A stretch of 63,333 nucleotides of DNA, the filler included, from Octopus bimaculoides (Eukaryota): NCBI RefSeq assembly GCF_001194135.2. It is 8 parts of 6 records of this genome, joined end to end, with 100 filler letters (N's around TTAATTAATTAA, not from the genome) between each part and the next. Parts side by side here need not be neighbours in the genome. Positions count along the whole stretch, not along the records: positions 49,545 to 57,079 come from NC_068989.1; positions 57,180 to 60,262 come from NC_068988.1; positions 60,363 to 63,333 come from NC_068987.1; 5 more parts are not named here. One strand, given 5' to 3'. How positions within the stretch are numbered: position 1 is the stretch's first letter; each line of letters opens with the position of its first letter. Both the position numbers and the translations under genes were made by a program. Of this stretch, positions 54,550 through 63,333 are shown one piece after another. The notes below the pieces were generated by a model, which saw only the letters and a list, made by a program, of their open reading frames with translations, ran no database searches and had not been told where the DNA came from.

Positions 54550-56110
54550 GCTATATATACTAGCTTAAATGCCGCCCTATCGATCGGTTTTAAGCTAGTT
54601 TCTTATATGTGAGAATAAAAGCTCTGGCTTAGCTCCAGATGACAACTTTGCTACGAGAGCAAAGAATTTGATCAGTTTTTAACGCACACTAATAACTCTG
54701 CGATAATTGCCTGCCAAGTTGAATTAAAAAATAAAAGAAGAAATATGGATGAAACAATATATGTTAGGATTTTGAAAACAAAACAGTAGATTTTCTTGCT
54801 TTTCTGATGTTTTTAACAAATGAAATTCAAACAGCAAGGAAATAAAATCTCGTTGAATCAAATGAATAACAATTACTAGTTATCGCCAAGCCAACATGGC
54901 AGTCCCCAAAATAGGACGAATGCTGCCGTAGTCTCCTTTAGACAGACTTAGAAATATTAATATTGCTAATAACAATTAAGTTACTCAGCAAAGTTCAATT
55001 TACAAATTACAACATGGCAGATCAGAACTTCTATCATTTTCCCCACATAAAAGGCATTTCTGGAGATATGTGATGATCAAGAATATTAACATCTTCATCT
55101 TCTAGCATTGAAGAAAGACATGGTGTCTAGATTTTAAAATTTTGGAGAGCTGAAAATATCAGAGTTGGCTGTAAATCGATTTCCGATCGATGCAAACAAA
55201 TCTTACTTCAGATCTATTTGAAGAACTGTTAGTCTTGCAAAATGGCTTTGAAGTTCAGATGCTATTTCACCAAAAGAGTAATGGAGTTTCATTATTACCG
55301 ACGGAAGCGGTATTAGTTCAAAATAGCATTCTGTAAATCTTAACGTGAATATGCTGTAGAAAGCCAAAAAACTGCAGTATTCGTCTTGAGAAAGCAACTT
55401 AAATAGGCGTACAGTGCTGAAAAGCACTGAAGTAGCAGACGACAATCGTCTAGTAGCTGCAGTGGAATTGCTAAATCCGGATTTCTGCAACGTCGCGCAT
55501 CATCCACTAACAACTAAATGCATGTATACACTAACAACTAAATGCTCAGGTCAATTTAGTCTCTACTGATATAGAAAAACAACGATCAGCATTATATGTC
55601 TTTACGAGATGCTTTCTCGAGATGATTACCGCAGTTTCCTTGCCTTCCACAGAAAGTATTTCACCGTAAACATTTTTATCATAAAACGTATTTGCCGTAA
55701 GAAATTTCACTGTAAAGGAGGCATAAAGCAAATTATGATCTAGATAACGCATTTTAATGAAATTACCTTACACTAATTAGAAAGTTAATTGATGAAGTTG
55801 CCATTTTAAGAAAACGGTCGATCTGTTTTCTATTGCAACGTATTCTTTTAAAGACTAACTTTCCAACAGCAAAAATGTTTACGATGAATTTTTACGGACA
55901 CGATACAGAATGTTAATGAAGTTCATTGTTTAAGCAAATAAAAACAAAACCTGTCTTTGGAAGGAAGTTGTTTTGCTGTTGGTGTTTGCATCCTCATACC
56001 TGGTGGAGAAAGGATTCAGTACAGTTGTACAATAGTTAACTAAACAGTGAAGGAGATTTACGGCTCTCTTAGATAAATATCAAACCTTAATTGTTACTTA
56101 TCAACTATTA
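54550..56110 (+). mobile_element. hAT (Buster/Charlie, ZBED8/SCAND3-like) transposase fossil split by an insertion of about 640 bp
   Basis: QLCYESKEFDQFLTHT, QQGNKISL, HLLALKKDMVSRF, LFEELLVLQNGFEV, then after about 55915 CLWKEVVLLLVFASSYLVEKGFSTVV..GDLRL (hAT dimerisation domain). Confidence 0.75.
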
Positions 56111-56318
56111 AACTTTGTTTCTAGAATATAAATAATTCGATAATTATCGTAAATTATCTTACATTTATTTTCTTTTATCGCAAAGATAACCAAAAACTTG
56201 TTTGTTAACACAAATAATAAAACTAGGAATAGTTTATTTAAAATTTCGTTTGTAGTGTTGTCCTTTGTTCCCTCTGTGTGCGTGTCTGTCTCTCTCACTC
56301 TCTCCCCCCTCTCTCTCT

Positions 56319-56391
<73 letters not shown>

Positions 56392-56405
56392 TATCGATCT
56401 ATCTT

Positions 56406-56452
<47 letters not shown>

Positions 56453-56789
56453 CATTTATTTGTTTCAGTCATTTGATCGCGGCCATGCTGGAGTACCACC
56501 TTTAGTCGAGCAAATCGACCCCAGGACTTATTCTTTGTAAGCCTAGTTCTATCGGTCTCTTTGTCCGAATCGCTAGGTTACGGGCACGTAAACACACCAG
56601 CATCGGTTGTCAAGCGATGTTGGAGGGACAAACACAGACACACAAACATATACACACACATACATGTATATATATATACATATATACGACGGTCTTCTTT
56701 CAGTTTCTTACCATGTGGTAAGCAAGCTACTTACCACACAGCCACTCCTGAGCCTATTTTTTCCTGAACCTGTATATATATATATATAT

Positions 56790-57079
56790 GCGAGTAAAAA
56801 TAAATACAAAAAAGGTGGTTTTTTTTGTATGATTGTGTATAGAGGAATATATTATTTTGTTTAAAAGAGTTCCAACACTGTCTGTTTTTTATGTTTTATT
56901 TATATTCCTGCAGAACTAATGTGGGGTATAGAATATGGAATATACAATATATAATATAATATACAATATACAATATAAAATAAAATAAAATAAAAATGGA
57001 TGGCACCATGAAAAAAAGTATTGAATGTAGATGAAATATTGAGTGTTCAATATAAAGGATCAAAAATATAAATATATAA
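56790..57079 (+). repeat. Second copy of the 15294-15563 segment
   Basis: Direct comparison. Confidence 0.9.
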
Positions 57080-57179
57080 NNNNNNNNNNNNNNNNNNNNN
57101 NNNNNNNNNNNNNNNNNNNNNNNTTAATTAATTAANNNNNNNNNNNNNNNNNNNNNNNNNNNNNNNNNNNNNNNNNNNN

Positions 57180-57513
57180 ATCTCTGATGACGAAATACCC
57201 AGTGCACAGACATACTAACCTACCACTTGGGTTAGCTCAGAAATGGCTGTAAGACTTCAAATTCACTTTACTCTAATAAAATCATTTAAAATAAATTTAG
57301 ATAACCGTTCTGCGTTGGTTCTGATTCTTCCTCTGATATAATATATGCATGTTATAACGGAACTCTAAGGCGAATCCCTAGAATCAGTCTCAGCCGTGAT
57401 CTTGAGACCTAACGGTCGACCTACTATAACACTTACCCAGCGTACCTATTCGTTTAGATCACAAGTGAACTAATCCCCTCATATTCTATAATTGTTTTGT
57501 TTTCCATTTCTGA

Positions 57514-57544
<31 letters not shown>

Positions 57545-58069
57545 ACGCACACACATACATACATAATATTTCTCCGAGCGTTCACTATTTTCCTCTCGTT
57601 CTGGTCTGACGACCTTCTATGTTTCCTTGATTGTCTCCACTGTATTGTTTTTGTACCCAACTTTGACCCTCCATACATTTTAAATTTTATTTTAGAATTT
57701 ATGGGAGCAACTGTCTGTAAAGACACATATTGTCGTTGAATGCTTGAAATGTTCATACCTTGTCTCTGATGACGGAATACTCAGTGCACGGACATGCTAA
57801 CCAACCACTTGGGTTATGCCAGAAACAGCTGTAAGACTTGAAATCCACCTTACCTTCATTAATTTGTTCTAAGTGACTTGAGATACTCGTTCTGCGTTGG
57901 TTTTGATTTTTCCTCTAATATAAAGTATACCTGCGATGACGGAACCCTAACACGATACCTAAATCCAGCCTTAGCAGTGATCTCGGAACGTAACAGCCGA
58001 CCTACTGTAGCACTTACCCAGCGTACCTATTCGTTTAGATCACAAGTGAACTAATCCTCTCATATTCTA
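57180..58069 (+). repeat. Two direct copies (57180-57488, 57761-58069; period about 582) of a roughly 310-bp unit, Penelope pLTR / retrozyme-like
   Basis: Copies align along their length, and each begins with a hammerhead-like motif. Confidence 0.85.
57762..57837 (+). ncRNA. Candidate minimal type-I hammerhead ribozyme (degenerate); more decayed twin at 57181-57255
   Basis: Stem I gtct/agac; CTGATGA at 57766-72; long imperfect stem II; GAAA at 57822-25; stem III C-G closing a palindromic AGCT loop; GUA cleavage triplet at 57831-33. The base of stem II is a C-A mismatch. Confidence 0.55.
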
Positions 58070-58092
58070 CAGATATATATATATATAGATAA

Positions 58093-58125
<33 letters not shown>

Positions 58126-58292
58126 CCTAAAAATACAATAGTCTTCTGACAACTGAATTAGCGATGAAGATGACAAAGGAATTTTTTTTCATTTTTACAT
58201 ATTATGATAGAAGCAGCGAGGTAGAAGATATGAATGCAGTCTTGCATTTAATGCAAACATACTTACACACAAACATATATATACGTTTGTGC

Positions 58293-58334
<42 letters not shown>

Positions 58335-59244
58335 NNNNNNNNNNNNNNNNNNNNNNNNNNNNNNNNNNNNNNNNNNNNNNNNNNNNNNNNNNNNNNNNNN
58401 NNNNNNNNNNNNNNNNNNNNNNNNNNNNNNNNNNNNNNNNNNNNNNNNNNNNNNNNNNNNNNNNNNNNNNNNNNNNNNNNNNNNNNNNNNNNNNNNNNNN
58501 NNNNNNNNNNNNNNNNNNNNNNNNNNNNNNNNNNNNNNNNNNNNNNNNNNNNNNNNNNNNNNNNNNNNNNNNNNNNNNNNNNNNNNNNNNNNNNNNNNNN
58601 NNNNNNNNNNNNNNNNNNNNNNNNNNNNNNNNNNNNNNNNNNNNNNNNNNNNNNNNNNNNNNNNNNNNNNNNNNNNNNNNNNNNNNNNNNNNNNNNNNNN
58701 NNNNNNNNNNNNNNNNNNNNNNNNNNNNNNNNNNNNNNNNNNNNNNNNNNNNNNNNNNNNNNNNNNNNNNNNNNNNNNNNNNNNNNNNNNNNNNNNNNNN
58801 NNNNNNNNNNNNNNNNNNNNNNNNNNNNNNNNNNNNNNNNNNNNNNNNNNNNNNNNNNNNNNNNNNNNNNNNNNNNNNNNNNNNNNNNNNNNNNNNNNNN
58901 NNNNNNNNNNNNNNNNNNNNNNNNNNNNNNNNNNNNNNNNNNNNNNNNNNNNNNNNNNNNNNNNNNNNNNNNNNNNNNNNNNNNNNNNNNNNNNNNNNNN
59001 NNNNNNNNNNNNNNNNNNNNNNNNNNNNNNNNNNNNNNNNNNNNNNNNNNNNNNNNNNNNNNNNNNNNNNNNNNNNNNNNNNNNNNNNNNNNNNNNNNNN
59101 NNNNNNNNNNNNNNNNNNNNNNNNNNNNNNNNNNNNNNNNNNNNNNNNNNNNNNNNNNNNNNNNNNNNNNNNNNNNNNNNNNNNNNNNNNNNNNNNNNNN
59201 NNNNNNNNNNNNNNNNNNNNNNNNNNNNNNNNNNNNNNNNNNNN

Positions 59245-59290
<46 letters not shown>

Positions 59291-59677
59291 TAGTGCATTT
59301 GTGTATGTGTATGTGCGTATGGTCGTTTTTGCGTTTTACCAAGTTCGCCGACAGTCGAACAGCAGATCTAAACATTCCAGAATGAATAAAAACAACAAAA
59401 AACGTAAATAAATACATCAAAACACAACCATTAACAGAAAAAAAACCCATCGCAAAGCAAATACAAAGACCAAAAGCAACAATCAAAAATGCACTCAAAC
59501 CAAACATTGTATCTTTCAGTTAAAGCCGTCCGTAGTGTCTCCCATACTTTCTCTACTCCTCCGACCTTCATTCTATTATACTCTGTCCACCTCATACCAC
59601 CACCATTGTCCGTTCCGTCATAACATGTCTTCCTCCTGTTGCTATCCTCCCCTTGGCTCCCCATGCTCACTCTCCCC

Positions 59678-59716
<39 letters not shown>

Positions 59717-59802
59717 TTTTCTTCTCGTGACATTACGTTACATTCTCCTCCATTGACATTTTCGTTGCGATGTTCCTAAGCCGAATACCTGAGGCTTTCG
59801 AA

Positions 59803-59837
<35 letters not shown>

Positions 59838-60000
59838 CAATACACATACCTATATACCTACACACACACGCACATCAACACACATACCATATAACTACAC
59901 GCACATACTCAAAGATACGTAAATAAATTAAGACAGACATCTAAAGATATATTTCTGTGCGTGTGTGAACGTGTAATGGCGTATGTTTATGTTGTTACAC

Positions 60001-60215
60001 ATCCTTTCTACTCTAGGCACAAGGCCTGAAATTTGTGGGGAGGGGGCCAGTCGATTAGATTGACCTCTTTGCGCAACTGGTACTTAATTTATCGACCCCG
60101 AAAAAGATGAAAGGCAAAGTAGACCTCTGCAGAATTTGAACTCAGAACGTAAACACAGACGTAATAGCGCTAAGCATTTTGCACAGCGTGACCCCGACTC
60201 TGCCAGCTCACCGCC
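60001..60215 (-). mobile_element. SINE family B, full length
   Basis: Reverse complement begins ggcggtgagctggcagagtc and ends gtgcctagagtagaaaggat. Confidence 0.85.
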
Positions 60216-60225
60216 TTTTATTTTG

Positions 60226-60262
<37 letters not shown>

Positions 60263-60389
60263 NNNNNNNNNNNNNNNNNNNNNNNNNNNNNNNNNNNNNN
60301 NNNNNNTTAATTAATTAANNNNNNNNNNNNNNNNNNNNNNNNNNNNNNNNNNNNNNNNNNNNACACACACACGCACACGCGCACACACT

Positions 60390-60423
<34 letters not shown>

Positions 60424-60454
60424 CACACACGCACACACGCACACACATATATAT

Positions 60455-61200
60455 ATAATCTATGCCACGTCCTCCGTGTTCAAGTGTGATTTTTTTTCTT
60501 CCATAATTGGCCTGTTGAACAGTTGGTCTTTGCAGCCCCATAACCCTAAATCCCCTTCTGGTATTCTTCTTGCTCCTATTGTATGTTGTTATTGCTTTCC
60601 AGGTGAGCAGCCAACCTGTTATTGAGCATATATGTAAGGGCTTTGGCATGTTATTGGCAAACAAGTTATTGGCATGTAGTTCTGCGCCGTTTCTCGTCTT
60701 TTTGATTTGGCGAATAAATATTGTTTTCATCTCTAGAAACCATTCAGGTGTCGATTCCTGCTCTGTTTTCTAATTTATTAAATGCTGTGGTTATATTTAT
60801 GATTACTGCTTAGAGTGTTTCAGCCACAAATCATAGACAATGTCAATTTCGAGAGCTTTCCACTTGCTTCTAGTTTTATCCCAACGGCGACTTGGTTACG
60901 TATGCCGGGTCATGCTTACAGTTTTATTGCATTTCTTTCCATCGTCTTTCACCCTGACACATTGTGCTCTTTGATTTTTGTTACATATTTTCACTCGGTA
61001 TGTTTCAGTTTCTGCTGATGTTGGTTCGATATCTAGTGTTATGCTTTTTTTTTAAGATTAATACACAATGTTTCAGATCTCTTGTTCTCTTGTACCAATT
61101 ACTTTTTAAAGATTTTATATTGTTTGACTTTGAAGATTTGATCTGCTTAAATCAATCAATAACATCGAAGATATTTTCTTTAATAATATTATAATTTTTT
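60455..61200 (-). mobile_element. R4/Dong-type RT N-terminal fragment
   Basis: KWKALEIDIVYDLWLKH..PEWFLEMKTIFI..NYMPITCLP..LNNRLAAHLESNN..EQ..KDQL..; frameshifted. Confidence 0.75.
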
Positions 61201-61558
61201 TGGTAATTAGGAGGACTCCCCGCTTTCTTTTTCATATTGAACCACCTCGTTTTCTCTTTTAGTGAACAAGACACAGAAACCCTCTCACACTTTCACACTT
61301 AACCTAGTGGACCATACAAAATGTAACTGATAGAGGGACAAAGAATTGCACCAGTACACGTCTGGTGCTCGTTTGCAGCTGAATATACCGGAGTAACATC
61401 AAAATGAAGTGCCATGCTCAACGATGCTACATGCCCCTTCGCCCAGGAATTGAAATTATAACACCATGATCATGAACCAACAGCCTAACTACTAGGCCGT
61501 ACACTTTTGCACATACATATAAATATACATACACACACGCACACATACATATATATCT

Positions 61559-61952
61559 TACAATGGGACCTGTAACAAAACACGTGTCTCTAAAGAATAT
61601 TTCAGCCGAATAAAGAAAATTTGGACCTCGGAACTCCCTGCATTCAATAAAACAGTGGCCCACAATGTGTTTGTAGTGCCAGTACTCATACAAATATTTG
61701 GGCAGCTTCATTGGACGCTTAATGTGATCCGAGCCATTGATGTGAAAACCCGGAAGATACTAACAAGTACGCATAATTTCCACATCATCAGTGACGTAGA
61801 AAGCCTCTACCTAAAGCGAAAACAAAGCGGCAGCGGCTTAACATCGATGCAAAATACCTTTGAATGTCGTATTATATCCCTTCGGCAACATCTTTTAACC
61901 ACCAATTGTCGAAGTGCACCCCTTGAGCAAGTTTGCATACATGAGGCTGATA
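61559..61952 (+). mobile_element. R4/Dong-type RT C-terminal/thumb fragment, running into a gap
   Basis: KTRVSKEYFSRIKKIWTSELPAFNKTVAHNVFVVPVLIQIFG..IDVKTRKILT..SDVESLYLKRKQSGSGL. Confidence 0.85.
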
Positions 61953-62909
61953 NNNNNNNNNNNNNNNNNNNNNNNNNNNNNNNNNNNNNNNNNNNNNNNN
62001 NNNNNNNNNNNNNNNNNNNNNNNNNNNNNNNNNNNNNNNNNNNNNNNNNNNNNNNNNNNNNNNNNNNNNNNNNNNNNNNNNNNNNNNNNNNNNNNNNNNN
62101 NNNNNNNNNNNNNNNNNNNNNNNNNNNNNNNNNNNNNNNNNNNNNNNNNNNNNNNNNNNNNNNNNNNNNNNNNNNNNNNNNNNNNNNNNNNNNNNNNNNN
62201 NNNNNNNNNNNNNNNNNNNNNNNNNNNNNNNNNNNNNNNNNNNNNNNNNNNNNNNNNNNNNNNNNNNNNNNNNNNNNNNNNNNNNNNNNNNNNNNNNNNN
62301 NNNNNNNNNNNNNNNNNNNNNNNNNNNNNNNNNNNNNNNNNNNNNNNNNNNNNNNNNNNNNNNNNNNNNNNNNNNNNNNNNNNNNNNNNNNNNNNNNNNN
62401 NNNNNNNNNNNNNNNNNNNNNNNNNNNNNNNNNNNNNNNNNNNNNNNNNNNNNNNNNNNNNNNNNNNNNNNNNNNNNNNNNNNNNNNNNNNNNNNNNNNN
62501 NNNNNNNNNNNNNNNNNNNNNNNNNNNNNNNNNNNNNNNNNNNNNNNNNNNNNNNNNNNNNNNNNNNNNNNNNNNNNNNNNNNNNNNNNNNNNNNNNNNN
62601 NNNNNNNNNNNNNNNNNNNNNNNNNNNNNNNNNNNNNNNNNNNNNNNNNNNNNNNNNNNNNNNNNNNNNNNNNNNNNNNNNNNNNNNNNNNNNNNNNNNN
62701 NNNNNNNNNNNNNNNNNNNNNNNNNNNNNNNNNNNNNNNNNNNNNNNNNNNNNNNNNNNNNNNNNNNNNNNNNNNNNNNNNNNNNNNNATATATTTCAAA
62801 AAGTTTTTACTAATCCGTCAATAATACAACTCGCCATTAATAAGTGTAGAATTATGGTTCATTACATCAATTCAATTACCATAAACACCATATATGTGTG
62901 TGTATATGC

Positions 62910-62955
<46 letters not shown>

Positions 62956-63267
62956 ATTTCTATGTATATGCATGTATATACATATATATATATATTTATA
63001 TATATATGCATACATATGCATATAGATATATGAATGTACGTGTATATATGTGTGTATACACACACACACACACACATTTGTTCTTTATTACATTTTAACT
63101 GCTAATTTTGTCATTTCATTATGTAAGACTGATATATACTCATTACATGGGTATGTTGCGTGCATGCGCGCGTGCATATGCGGGCGGGTGTTTACGCTCG
63201 TGCGTGTGTGCGCGAGTGTGCGCGCGAGTGTGTGTGCGTGCGCATGAATAAAACTTAAATCTCTTAA

Positions 63268-63333
<66 letters not shown>

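Noticed and set aside
9026-60318. Seven identical palindromic TTAATTAATTAA motifs, superficially a regular repeat system
   Set aside because: Each is centred in N runs forming a 100-bp block with six-frame stops; this is an assembly linker.

Overview
Eukaryotic, AT-rich, gap-riddled genomic scaffold. The microsatellite density, the SINE families and a mollusc-type receptor exon suggest an octopus or other coleoid cephalopod (inference). Only one host coding exon is supportable: 4688-4929 (+), encoding TM2(4')-TM3 and the start of the M3-M4 loop of a Cys-loop GABA-A receptor beta-like (LCCH3-type) subunit. No upstream exon and no TM4 exon is visible, so most of the window is probably one very large intron. 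It is filled with microsatellites, at least four SINE families, and fossils of R4/Dong, RTE, CR1-like, Ty3/Gypsy, mariner, Tc1/mariner (rosa-like), hAT and Helitron/Helentron elements. Three things merit follow-up. (1) A 582-bp-period direct repeat at 57180-58069 whose copies each carry a degenerate minimal type-I hammerhead ribozyme motif (Penelope pLTR / retrozyme-like). (2) A stack of four 5'-truncated R4/Dong retrotransposon ends in (TAA)n tracts at 19357-22810. (3) Two oppositely oriented R4/Dong RT pieces at 60455-61952. The recurring TTAATTAATTAA between N runs is an assembly linker, and almost all long ORFs in the track are microsatellite or N artefacts. All protein family calls come from recognising motifs by eye; no database search was run.
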